From Trichodesmium erythraeum IMS101 (GTDB lineage Bacteria; Cyanobacteriota; Cyanobacteriia; Cyanobacteriales; Microcoleaceae): 32,000 nt of DNA. The notes below the pieces were generated by a model. That model made no database searches. It was not told where the DNA came from and worked only from the letters and a program-made list of their open reading frames with translations. This document shows positions 1 to 9,170 of this stretch, one piece after another. Location of the stretch: positions 3,540,001 to 3,572,000 of the forward strand of contig NC_008312.1 of assembly GCF_000014265.1 (NCBI RefSeq), read 5' to 3'. Within the stretch, counting starts at the first letter, position 1, and every line of letters starts with the position of its first letter. Made by a program: the position numbers and the translations under genes.

Positions 1-1312
1 CTATTGCATATTGATCTTCCCCCAAAATAAAAATTCCACTTATTATGTCTTTAACTAAATTATCACCACCCAAAGAAACTGCAAAACTAATAATTCCTAA
101 ACCAACTAATATGATAATTATAGAAATATTTAATTGGTAAAATATCAAAAGTATACAAATAAAAACCAATATAAAAATTACCATTCCTTGCAATGTATGG
201 GAAAAAGTAATTGCTCTTGATACTGTTCTCTGAATATAAGATTCCATATCTAGTATATGAAAACTATTAATGGTAAACGAGTTGATTACAACTGGACTAA
301 TTTTAATTATTAAGTAAGTACCGATGATTATAGTTAATACTGTGGCGTAAGAAAGTAATAAAATTTGTAGCCAACGACTATAAGGAAAATTTCCTAAAAT
401 CCAGCTAATACTATACAGCCATAGAATTATTTTAGTTACTTGCAATAAACTTCTAAAAAAAGAATTTTTATATTGCTTTTGTTCCCAGATTAACTGTTGT
501 TTTTGTCCAATGTTTAATTCTGGTTTGACTGAAGTTAATTGTTGCTGATTTCTCAACTCATCTATTTGTGTATAAGAAAATTTTAAACCTTCTATTAACT
601 TTTGGAGTTTTTGATATTTCTCGAAGCAGTATTTTTGCCAAGTTGATATGAGAAAGCTCAACAGTATCAAAGTTAATATTATTCCTGTAGAAATTAAAGT
701 TTGCCTGAATAAATAGTCTGGTTGTCGCTCTCTCTGTGCCCTAATTAAAGCATCTCTCATAAAACCAATAATCTGATTAGCTAAATCTTGTCTAGATATG
801 CCATGAATCTGAGCATCTAAATCTGTAATAGCAATTAATTCTTGATTTTTTAGTTCTTCTGCATCAGAAGCAAATACTAAAGTCTGGTTTTCCAGGATTT
901 CAAGAGTTAATTTTAAAGTATCTGCATCAAAGCAATTTTTAATCGTTTGTATAAGATTATTTTCATACAGTCTGACTCGAATATTTAGAGGAGATGTATT
1001 GCTATTTCCTTGAATTTCTTGCCCTGCTATTGCTGCGACTTTTAATATTTCTCTACCGTCTATTTTGATAGGTTTATAAACTATGTTGCTCCGAGGTGTT
1101 AATAAGTTAAAAGGGGCGATATTTTCAATATTACTATTTTGTGTTTTTTCTGAATTATTAACTAATGCTAAGTTACTTTTGTTAATGGTAAGAATGAAGA
1201 TTGACAGACTCAACACTATTACAGTTATAATTTTTGATATTTTATAGCAATTGTAGAATAAATTTTTTTTGATAAGCAGGAGGTTTAATAAAATAAGTTT
1301 AAAAATTTGCAT
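1..1312 (-). CDS. MscS-family mechanosensitive channel, N-terminal part; the gene runs off the left edge of the window
   Basis: Absent from the ORF track because the frame is open at position 1. Manual reverse-strand translation from ATG (complement of 1310-1312) is uninterrupted down to position 2. It reads MQIFKLILLNLLLIKKNLFY..., contains several hydrophobic helices, and ends ...LVGLGIISFAVSLGGDNLVKDIISGIFILGEDQYAI. That end matches the conserved MscS pore-helix/beta-domain junction (..L.KD..SG..IL.E.....GD). Confidence 0.7.
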   Translation of the reverse strand, partial: MQIFKLILLNLLLIKKNLFYNCYKISKIITVIVLSLSIFILTINKSNLALVNNSEKTQNSNIENIAPFNLLTPRSNIVYKPIKIDGREILKVAAIAGQEIQGNSNTSPLNIRVRLYENNLIQTIKNCFDADTLKLTLEILENQTLVFASDAEELKNQELIAITDLDAQIHGISRQDLANQIIGFMRDALIRAQRERQPDYLFRQTLISTGIILTLILLSFLISTWQKYCFEKYQKLQKLIEGLKFSYTQIDELRNQQQLTSVKPELNIGQKQQLIWEQKQYKNSFFRSLLQVTKIILWLYSISWILGNFPYSRWLQILLLSYATVLTIIIGTYLIIKISPVVINSFTINSFHILDMESYIQRTVSRAITFSHTLQGMVIFILVFICILLIFYQLNISIIIILVGLGIISFAVSLGGDNLVKDIISGIFILGEDQYAI

Positions 1313-1330
1313 AAGCTATTAGATATACAT

Positions 1331-1433
1331 AGGACTTACAAAAAAAACTGGCTGGCTCGACCAAATTTTCCATAAGTGCGAAAAACAATGATCGGGGCAA
1401 TAAACCTGGTTTCTTATTAGGTATGTAAGTCTT
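1331..1433. repeat. Short element bounded by inverted repeats (MITE-like)
   Basis: AGGACTTACA at 1331-1340 pairs with TGTAAGTCTT at 1424-1433 (reverse complement AAGACTTACA, 9/10 match). The same arm consensus A(A/G)GACTTAC(A/G) bounds the element at 3662-3750. The motif TAAGTCYTGATAA recurs at 1427-1439 and 3902-3914. Confidence 0.4.
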
Positions 1434-2137
1434 GATAAAATTAGTCTACTGATTGATTTCTATCCGGAAGTAGAAGTATCCGGACAGAAGTCTTAGTGTT
1501 TTACTAATTAGTTAATGAGATAAGTAGCTAGGTAAAATTTAAGGTAAAATAGAAGGTAGTGTCATATATATAGTAAGAAGTTAATTAAATCATTAACTTA
1601 TGATATAATTGTCCTAAATATTACTTGATAATTTGTTGAAAAATAAAATTTTGTTTCTTGGACGATATAGCGGCCAAACTTGCAACAGCTATATCACTTC
1701 CTGATAATTTTATTACTACATCTGCAGGACGGGAAAATAGAAAATATTCCTCATATTAATTTGAGTATTCAGCTATTAGTTTCATTGTCTTTAAAGGATA
1801 AATTAGTATCCTCATAATTTTAAAAAATTCAAAGTACTAGTAATACTAAGTTTGAAAAAGAATGCACTTCACTAGGTGTCTTTTAATAAAAATAGCTGAA
1901 AAAGATCATATCTAATTAATTTGAGATAGTTATATCTATCATTTCTCCTTTGGTTTTAATATTTTCTCCTTCTTCCTTTTTCTTTCGGATGTAGAGACAT
2001 TGTATCTAACACCTCTACTATATTTAATAAACATTGATCACACTTGGTCTAAAAGCCTAGTTGAAAATATAATTAATAATAATTAGCAAAAAATGATACA
2101 GTAGGAAAATAATTATTAAAATTTTGCCGAAAGTAAA

Positions 2138-3433
2138 ATGGTTACAGAAGTTTCTTTGATTGAAATAGCTAAAACCACCCGCCAAGCAGCACAAAAATCA
2201 GCAGTGTTATCCACAGAAGCCAAAAATCAAGCTATTGAAGCAGTTGCCCAGGCATTAGAAAAAGCTACACCAAAAATTATTACAGCAAACCAACTTGACT
2301 GTCGAATAGCTGAAACTGATGGAATTGCCAAACCCCTATACAATAGATTGAAAATGGATGAGGCTAAACTCAACAGTGCGATCGAAGGTTTACGTAACGT
2401 TGCTACTCTTAGGGATCCTATAGGTGTAGTACAAATACATCGAGAACTCGATGCAGGATTAATTCTCAAGCGTATTACTTGTCCCCTGGGTGTTATTGGT
2501 GTCGTGTTTGAAGCCCGCCCAGATGCTGTAATTCAAATTTCAGCTTTGGCAATTAAATCAGGAAATGGCGTCATTCTTAAAGGGGGTAAAGAAGCAACTA
2601 ATTCATGTCTTGAGTTAGTGACAGCAATTCGCCAAGGTTTATCTACAACTTCTGTTAACCCTGATGGGGTACAGTTATTAACTACCCGGGAAGAAACTCT
2701 GGAGTTATTGAAGTTAGATGAATATGTGGATTTAATTATTCCCAGAGGTTCTAATTCCTTTGTGAAATTTGTTCAAGAAAATACCCAAATTCCAGTTTTA
2801 GGTCATGCTGAAGGAATTTGTCATGTCTATGTAGATAAATTTGCAGATATTCAAAAAGCAGTAAAAATTACTATTGATGCCAAAACTCAATATCCTGCTG
2901 CTTGTAATGCTGCCGAAACTTTGTTGGTACATACTGATGTTGCTGCCAAGTTTCTCTCAGAAGTTTTCCCAGAACTAGAAAAACGTCAGGTTGAGTTACG
3001 GGGTGATAGAGCTACTCAGCAAATTTTATCATCAGTTAAGGAAGCGACAGATCTAGACTGGGCAACAGAATACAGTGATCTAGTTTTATCAGTTAAAGTA
3101 GTAGATAGTTTAGACTCAGCGATCGCTCATATCAATAATTATGGTTCCGGACACACAGATGCTATCATAACTGAGGATGGAAAAGCTGCGGAGATATTCC
3201 TCGCACAAATAGGTTCTGCTGGGGTATTCCATAACTGCTCAACTAGATTTTCTGACGGTTTCCGTTATGGTTTTGGCGCTGAAGTCGGAATTAGTACACA
3301 GAAAATGCCACCAAGAGGTCCAGTAGGTTTAGAAGGATTAGTCACTTATAAATATCAAATTGTTGGTGATGGTCATATTGCTGCCACTTATTCTGGTGAA
3401 AATGCTAAACCATTTACTCACCAAGATTTTTGA
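2138..3433 (+). CDS. proA: Gamma-glutamyl phosphate reductase (proline biosynthesis)
   Basis: 431-aa ORF with the aldehyde-dehydrogenase-type ProA motifs [38 protein letters not shown] and [36 protein letters not shown]. Confidence 0.95.
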   Translation: MVTEVSLIEIAKTTRQAAQKSAVLSTEAKNQAIEAVAQALEKATPKIITANQLDCRIAETDGIAKPLYNRLKMDEAKLNSAIEGLRNVATLRDPIGVVQIHRELDAGLILKRITCPLGVIGVVFEARPDAVIQISALAIKSGNGVILKGGKEATNSCLELVTAIRQGLSTTSVNPDGVQLLTTREETLELLKLDEYVDLIIPRGSNSFVKFVQENTQIPVLGHAEGICHVYVDKFADIQKAVKITIDAKTQYPAACNAAETLLVHTDVAAKFLSEVFPELEKRQVELRGDRATQQILSSVKEATDLDWATEYSDLVLSVKVVDSLDSAIAHINNYGSGHTDAIITEDGKAAEIFLAQIGSAGVFHNCSTRFSDGFRYGFGAEVGISTQKMPPRGPVGLEGLVTYKYQIVGDGHIAATYSGENAKPFTHQDF

Positions 3434-3522
3434 CGCAGAAATAAAGGCCTTGGTCAATTTAGCTATGATTTTCCTGCTTAGGGGTTAAGGAGCATTGACT
3501 TAATCAAAGAATAACTATATAA

Positions 3523-3550
3523 GTAGAGACGTTGCATACAACGTCGGTAC
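3523..3550. repeat. GTAGAGAC-type palindromic hairpin repeat
   Basis: GTAGAGACGTTGCATACAACGTCGGTAC has a perfect 7-bp stem GACGTTG/CAACGTC (3528-3534 and 3539-3545) with a 4-nt loop. It sits about 90 nt downstream of the proA stop. A degenerate copy with GTAGAG...CTCTAC ends lies at 1991-2018. A further fragment (CAACGTCTCTC) lies at about 7795-7806. Confidence 0.4.
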
Positions 3551-3661
3551 AAATTAGTTCCTTCTTAATTGAAACTTGTACATCATTTGTCCAAAATATG
3601 CTGTATAATCAGGTTTATTACCCTGACTATTTTTGTTCAAACCAAGAAATTTCACATTATT

Positions 3662-3750
3662 AAGACTTACGCAGAGACTGCTTATATAGCGTTCAAAACT
3701 ATAACGTTATAGTTTTTAGACTCTATATATAGTACCTTGGCGTAAGTCCT
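3662..3750. repeat. Short element bounded by inverted repeats (MITE-like)
   Basis: AAGACTTACGC at 3662-3672 pairs with GCGTAAGTCCT at 3740-3750 (reverse complement AGGACTTACGC, 10/11 match). The interior is non-coding and has its own internal palindrome (AACTATAACGTTATAGTT). Confidence 0.45.
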
Positions 3751-3773
3751 AATTATAACCTGACCACTGCATA

Positions 3774-3902
3774 ATATCATGTCCGGATAATCAGTGATCA
3801 AAAAACTTTATCCCTTCCAACCTTTTCTTCCCTTCTGCCTTCTGCCTTCTGCATAAGTACCCTCCTTTCTCCAAAGTGTAACTATTCAACTGGACATGAT
3901 AT
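3774..3902. repeat. Segment bounded by inverted repeats, enclosing a heptamer array
   Basis: ATATCATGTCCGG at 3774-3786 pairs with CTGGACATGATAT at 3890-3902 (12/13 complementary). The interior carries the CCTTCTG x3 array. Confidence 0.35.
3831..3851. repeat. Tandem heptanucleotide repeat (CCTTCTG) x3, of the STRR type
   Basis: Three perfect contiguous copies, read directly from the sequence. Short tandem heptamer arrays are a known feature of filamentous cyanobacterial genomes. Confidence 0.7.
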
Positions 3903-3972
3903 AAGTCCTGATAATTTTGTTTCTTGTGTGGGTAATTAATGTTAAGTTCAAAACTTGATGGTAGATTTATGT

Positions 3973-4801
3973 ATGATGTATATCCAACAAGAGCAAGAAA
4001 AAACTTATGAAGAAAAAAGCTTTTTGCTTCTAGAAAGTCTTCTGTCTCAAAAATAGGTTGCAGCGATCGCCGCTAAATTATCAAGTACCTCTTGGAAAGA
4101 AATCCCAGGGACAGTTTTGGAAGAAGATGGCAAGACATTACGAGCAATTCATGAAGTTCCAAGCAAAATGGGTGTATTAGAAAAGATTTCTCAACACCCT
4201 AAACTTGTTGAACCTGCAATGCAAATTCTGGGAAGTCAGGTCTACGTCCATCAATTAAAAATTAACTTCAAAGCTGCCTTCACAGAGAAAGTTTGGCCTT
4301 GGCATCAAGATTTTATTTTTTGGCATAAAGGAAGACGGAATGCCAGAACCAAGAGCAGTAAATGTTGCTATCTTTCTAGAAGAAGTCAACCAATTTAATG
4401 GGCCACTTTGTCTAATCCCTGGCTCCCATAAAGAAGGAATAATTAGCTCTCTAAATCAGATTGAAAGAGATTGGGCATCTATAGAAAATGATGAATGGAC
4501 TTTGAATTTTCAGGCAAACCTCAAATACACAACCTCTGAAAAAATCGTGAGTAACCTCGTCGAAAAATATGGAATAGAAGCTCCCAAAGGTGTGGCGGGT
4601 TCTGTGCTATTTTTTCATCCCAATATTGTTCATGGTTCGACAAATAATATCTCTCCAATTTCAAGAAAAATGGCTATTATCACCTATAATAGCCTTGAAA
4701 ATATTCCGGTTTCTGTGGAAAATCCCCGTCCCGATTTCATAGTAGGTCGAAACTATGCAGCAATCAAGCCTTTGGCATATCAAGTCCTAAACAATATTTG
4801 A
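3973..4801 (+). pseudogene. Phytanoyl-CoA dioxygenase (PhyH)/ectoine-hydroxylase-like Fe(II)/2-oxoglutarate dioxygenase, disrupted by one in-frame stop and one +1 frameshift
   Basis: Reading from ATG 3973 gives MMYIQQEQEKTYEEKSFLLLESLLSQK, then TAG (4054-4056), then VAAIAAKLSSTSWKEIPGTVLEEDGKTLRAIHEV...VWPWHQDFIFWHK in the same frame as ORF 4117-4398. One extra base near 4327-4331 (CATAAAGGAAGA) moves the homology into the frame of ORF 4340-4801: EDGMPEPRAVNVAIFLEEVNQFNGPLCLIPGSHKEG...FFHPNIVHGSTNN. The HxD...H facial triad and the WHxDFxxWHxEDGMP signature span the shift. The length is 829 nt, i.e. 276 codons plus 1 nt. Confidence 0.8.
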
Positions 4802-4887
4802 CCAAACAATTAAAGCAGAGATAGAATTTAAACCTATTTTTTAGTTCTGTTTTGTGTATATCCTACTAACACAGAGGAATATCTACT

Positions 4888-5535
4888 ATGACTAATTGGG
4901 GCAATAAATTTAAAACTAAAGATATAGATCCTGAAAACCTTATAGATCACTATAATCAATATGCTGAAGAATTTGATGAACATGTGAAACATGAATTGTG
5001 TGGTAATGGAGAAAATATTCCTGTTGTAGTGACAGCAGAACTATTTGCAGAAACTGTTCCCTACCAAGAGTTGATGAAAATATTAGACATGGGAGCAGGT
5101 ACAGGGGAACAAGGAGAACAACTGACTAAACTGGGTTACAAAAATGTAGAACTTACTGCTTTTGATCCCTCTGAAGGAATGTTAAATATCGCCAAAAAGC
5201 GAAATATTTATTCAGAGTTTATCCAAGGTTATTTACCTGATTCTGGTTTGGCTTCTGATTGTTTTGATGCTATTATTTGCGTAGGGACTTTTACTCCAGC
5301 ACACGCTCCTGCCGAATCTCTCCACGAGCTGGTTAGGATTACAAAGAAGGGAGGCTATATTGTTTATAGTATTCGGAAGCACTTTTATGAAGATATAAAT
5401 AGTCGCTTTCAAGCCGTAGAAGAAGAACTAACACAAGCTAAAAAGTGGAAAATGATTGCTAAAAGAGAAGATGAATATCTACCTCTTGAGAAAATCAAAG
5501 CCTATTACTTTTGTTTTCAAGTGTCTGGAGATTGA
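4888..5535 (+). CDS. Class I SAM-dependent methyltransferase
   Basis: 215-aa intact ORF with motif I ILDMGAGTGEQG, the acidic post-I residue in AFDPSEGM, and motif II DAIICVG. Confidence 0.8.
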   Translation: MTNWGNKFKTKDIDPENLIDHYNQYAEEFDEHVKHELCGNGENIPVVVTAELFAETVPYQELMKILDMGAGTGEQGEQLTKLGYKNVELTAFDPSEGMLNIAKKRNIYSEFIQGYLPDSGLASDCFDAIICVGTFTPAHAPAESLHELVRITKKGGYIVYSIRKHFYEDINSRFQAVEEELTQAKKWKMIAKREDEYLPLEKIKAYYFCFQVSGD

Positions 5536-5585
5536 AATCTCGGTTTGAAAGCAAAAGTCTTTTCAAAAAGAAAACTAAGAAGAAT

Positions 5586-6372
5586 ATGGTACAGAGCAAA
5601 CATATTGCTATGTGGACAGCTCCGAGAAGCCGTTCTACTCTGATTGCTAGAACCTTTGAACAGTTAGATGAGTGCTGGCTGATTGATGAGCCTTTTTACC
5701 CACCATACGCTTTAAAAAACGATTTTGGCGAACCTGAGAGAAAAGCAGTTTTAGAACTGTTTGATACCAACTATCAAAATGTGATTAAAAAGATAACAGG
5801 AAAACTGCCGAAGGATAAATCCTTTTCTTTTCAGAAGCAGATGTCAAAGCACGCTTTACCAGAATTTGGATTTAGAATGGTTGCCAAAATTGCATAACTT
5901 TTTTTTGATTAGAAATCCTAAAGAAGTAATTCTTTCTTATCAAAAAATATTACATAAAATTTTCGGGAAAGAGAGAAAAGTCAATCAGCACGATGTAGGA
6001 ATTCACTATCTTTACAAACTATTTAAAGAAGTTGAAGAAATATTAGGAGAACCACCTCTTGTTATTGACTCTACTGATTTAATTAAAAATCCTGCATCTG
6101 GTCTAAAGGTATTGTGTGACAATCACCTAGGGGTGACATTTTTTCCAAAAATGTTAAGTTGGGAATTGAACTTAAAAAATTCAAATCTACTCTACACCGG
6201 AGACCTATTGCCTTATGCAAAATTCTGGTATTCACAGGTGAGTAATTCTCAAGGATTTATGCCCTATAAAGAGAAAGAAGTGGAATTTCCAGATAAACTT
6301 CTTCCTCTTCTAGAAGACTGTTTAGTCTTATACCAAGAAATGTATCAACATTGTACGTTATTCAATAATTAA
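5586..6372 (+). pseudogene. Sulfotransferase-family protein, disrupted by a +1 frameshift
   Basis: The likely start is ATG 5586 (MVQSKHIAMWTAPRSRSTLIARTFEQL; PRSRST is a 5'-PSB-like phosphosulfate-binding loop). The frame of ORF 5511-5897 runs through ...QMSKHALPEF. The homology then continues in the frame of ORF 5866-6372 (DLEWLPKLHNFFLIRNPKEVILSY...). One extra base lies at about 5865-5869 (TTTGG). The length is 787 nt, i.e. 262 codons plus 1 nt. Confidence 0.7.
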
Positions 6373-6568
6373 TACTAATAAAAAATGAAAAATTTATTTG
6401 AGATGCAACAGTAGTAGTTGGATAAAATATCTGTTTTGGTTGTGAAAGCATCCTTAACTGTAGCTGTAACTGCTTAATCTTTAACAGTCATAAACTCTAA
6501 CTTAAAAATTGTTCTAATTTTTTAGAACAAATCTGCCACTCCTCACTTCCAGATTTTTTCTATATTTT

Positions 6569-7588
6569 TCAAAGCATTAAAGGTTTAAATCCATGCTTAA
6601 CAGATAACTTTCCAATCAATTCCATTTTTTCTACAGTAATTAAATTCCGTCCCCAAGAAAAATTAGTATATAGCTTTTCAAATTCCAGTAGCATTGACTC
6701 TGCAAAACAAGCAAATAACTGACGACCTGGTACTTCCATATTGACAATTTTCATAATTTTCCAGTCAATATCAAGAGAATGTTCTACAATTCCACCATTG
6801 AGAACATAGATTCCTTCTTGCTGAACCTTAGTAGCCATGTTTTTAGGATAACCCCCATCAATCAATAAACAGGGTTTCTTTAAAACATTCGGGTTAATTT
6901 CTAAAGCTTCCGGTATACTAGCTACCCAAACTATAATATCAGCCATAGGTAAAGCTGAATTTAATTCTAATATTTTGCCTCGCTTTAATTCCTTTTGCAG
7001 AGCATTAAGCCTCTCTTGTTTACGAGCTATCAACAACAACTCTTCTACTTCTGTCTTAGTATTCAACCAGCGACATACTGCGCTACCAATATCACCAGTT
7101 GCTCCACATACTGCCACTGTTGCTTTTGATAAATCAATTCCTAACTTTTGTGCCCCTTGTTCCACTTGCTGACAGACAATATAAGCAGTGTGAGTATTGC
7201 CAGTAGTAAAACGTTTAAATTCCAATGTAATGTTCCGAATTTGCTTAAACTTCTGCAAATTAAAATTCTCAAAAACAATTGATGAAAACCCACCCAAAGC
7301 AGTTATATCAATACCATGCTTCTGAGCATGGGCCATAGCATTCATTATCTTACGAGTAGCTGCTTTAATTCTGCTAGAGGCTAGCATTTCTGGGAGAAAA
7401 CAAGATTCTACATACTTGCCTTCAATTTTCTGACCCGTAATACTTGTTACTTTGATTGTATCGACTATTTGAGGAGGAGCACTACACCAGAAGTCAAGAC
7501 CTTGATCTGCATATTCTGGATATCCTAAATCTCTTGCTACAGATTGGGCGTGTTCTAAGTTAGTTAGATGACCAATTAGACCAAACAT
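6569..7588 (-). CDS. aar: Long-chain acyl-[acyl-carrier-protein] reductase (alkane biosynthesis)
   Basis: 339 aa, collinear with the characterised cyanobacterial AAR. Matching segments include [42 protein letters not shown], the Rossmann motif [23 protein letters not shown] and [13 protein letters not shown]. It lies immediately downstream of ado on the same strand, which is the canonical arrangement. Confidence 0.96.
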   Translation of the reverse strand: MFGLIGHLTNLEHAQSVARDLGYPEYADQGLDFWCSAPPQIVDTIKVTSITGQKIEGKYVESCFLPEMLASSRIKAATRKIMNAMAHAQKHGIDITALGGFSSIVFENFNLQKFKQIRNITLEFKRFTTGNTHTAYIVCQQVEQGAQKLGIDLSKATVAVCGATGDIGSAVCRWLNTKTEVEELLLIARKQERLNALQKELKRGKILELNSALPMADIIVWVASIPEALEINPNVLKKPCLLIDGGYPKNMATKVQQEGIYVLNGGIVEHSLDIDWKIMKIVNMEVPGRQLFACFAESMLLEFEKLYTNFSWGRNLITVEKMELIGKLSVKHGFKPLML

Positions 7589-8048
7589 TAAAATTGTAAG
7601 TTTTGATTATTAGTAAGTTATTGTTGATGGTATGTGGAAATTAGAGTGGAATTTGTGTATCTCAATAAAATTGGAAATTAGCAAGTATCATTTTTACTAT
7701 GAAAAATTTTTTTATTAAATTCTATACCATTAGTCATTATGATACTATTTTGCTAATATTTTTTGACAATTCACAGTAAAAGTTTATCTAGTTACAACGT
7801 CTCTCCCAATGTCTACGAGAAAACCTTATAAAGGCTTTTACTAGTTATCTTCCCTTGTTTATCAATTCAGCAGAGGTAAACACATTGCTTAACTAGATGA
7901 GCGGTAACTTATCAGGCATAAGGCCACTTACTGGCCTCATATACAAGCACCCTTAACTAATTAATTTCTCGAACTTTAGCATAATTAGTAGCTTTGGAAC
8001 CAAAACTATTAATCCCATTCTAATTTCCACATTATTAATTAAAATTAA

Positions 8049-8804
8049 CTATGCAGCAATCAGACCATAAGCTGACATCCGCATAATTTCTCCAGTAGTA
8101 AAACCAATATTGTTTAGAGCTTCACCATAAGCAATCATAAAATCCTCAATTAATGCTTCTTTTTCCATCTCCAAAGTCTTAGCATCTTTCTCTACCTGGT
8201 TTAGCATTTTCCATACTAGAGGCAAGTTTTGGCGATTTGCTTTTTGTAGCTCTTGTTTAGAGTCTTCAAAATATTCTTTTAGCCATACTTCACCAAAGTT
8301 GAGGTGACTATATTCATCTTTGACCACACTTTCAGTAATTTTACGAGCAAAGGGGTCAGCCACAGGTATATAAATATTGTATGCTGCGATCGCGAAGCAT
8401 TCAATAATTAGAGATTGAATTAACAAACAAGTTACCACATTCCCTGTAGCTGCTGCTGTTTGGAAATTTTCATGAAGTGGCTCAAAGAACTTTTTGGCAA
8501 ACTCCATATCAGGTGTCACATGAAGATTCCGACCGCAAGCTTCAAAGCCTTTTTTGTGACGATTTTCCATTTTTGATAGCTTAATCAGCTCATCCTTTTC
8601 ATCTGGAAGCATTTCGGCAAGTTTAATATAATTTTTATAAGCTTCTTGCTCTCCTTCAATTACTATTGCATTGATTCGGCTATAGGCATCTTTGTAAGTT
8701 TCAGTTTCAAAGTTTATTTGATCTCCTTCACTTTGAGACTTCACTTTTTCTAGTTTAGTTTCACTTTGAGAATCCATAGTAGGAATTATTTCAAGCTTTG
8801 GCAT
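8049..8804 (-). CDS. ado: Aldehyde-deformylating oxygenase (alkane biosynthesis)
   Basis: Di-iron ferritin-like protein with [57 protein letters not shown] and [11 protein letters not shown] place the start at ATG 8804 (MPKLE, as in the MPQLE start of characterised ADOs). A GGAG lies about 9 nt upstream. The 8837 start in the ORF track adds 11 residues with no support. Confidence 0.95.
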   Translation of the reverse strand: MPKLEIIPTMDSQSETKLEKVKSQSEGDQINFETETYKDAYSRINAIVIEGEQEAYKNYIKLAEMLPDEKDELIKLSKMENRHKKGFEACGRNLHVTPDMEFAKKFFEPLHENFQTAAATGNVVTCLLIQSLIIECFAIAAYNIYIPVADPFARKITESVVKDEYSHLNFGEVWLKEYFEDSKQELQKANRQNLPLVWKMLNQVEKDAKTLEMEKEALIEDFMIAYGEALNNIGFTTGEIMRMSAYGLIAA

Positions 8805-9170
8805 GTTAGTTATCTCCTCATCACAAAATAGCTTCAACAGGGTAAAGAAAAATACTTTATTAATCTTAACTTAGCTTATAGTTTACTGTACTTACTTTCT
8901 GGAATAATTGGCTAATATAGCTGTGATTTATCTCTTTCTTGGGCCTAGTTTTTCTGACAACCTCCATTTCTATCAATTTGAGTTTTTGTTTTAGTAAAAA
9001 TACTTAATAATGGAATTATATATCAATCTATTGACATTTTTTTAATTATCAAACAGTTAAGCTTTAGTTTTATTAGTAATTAGCACTTTTAGCATATCTT
9101 CTTTTTTTGTCCATTTTATAAGATATATCCTCATTTAGCACATAATGGCCAATCATTACCATCCTGAACT

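Noticed and set aside
2227-2469. 80-aa minus-strand ORF inside proA
   Set aside because: It lies wholly antisense within a well-supported conserved gene and has Ser/Ile/Ala-rich, shadow-ORF-like composition. The same reasoning rejects 6975-7172 (inside aar), 10523-10723 (inside the repeat protein), 13901-14104 (inside hslO), 25253-25489 (inside small protein 2) and 27410-27766 (inside the IS630 transposase).
5511-5585. Upstream extension of the sulfotransferase ORF that overlaps the methyltransferase 3' end
   Set aside because: The family-typical N-terminus (MVQSKHIAMWTAPRSRST) begins at ATG 5586. The extension is basic, low-complexity sequence that overlaps the preceding gene.
8805-8837. 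ORF-track start of ado at 8837, and likewise the response-regulator start at 31948
   Set aside because: Conserved N-termini (MPKLE for ADO, MQILLVDDE for the receiver domain) begin at internal ATGs (8804 and 31870). The extensions are non-conserved and hydrophobic, and the 31948 start is a TTG.
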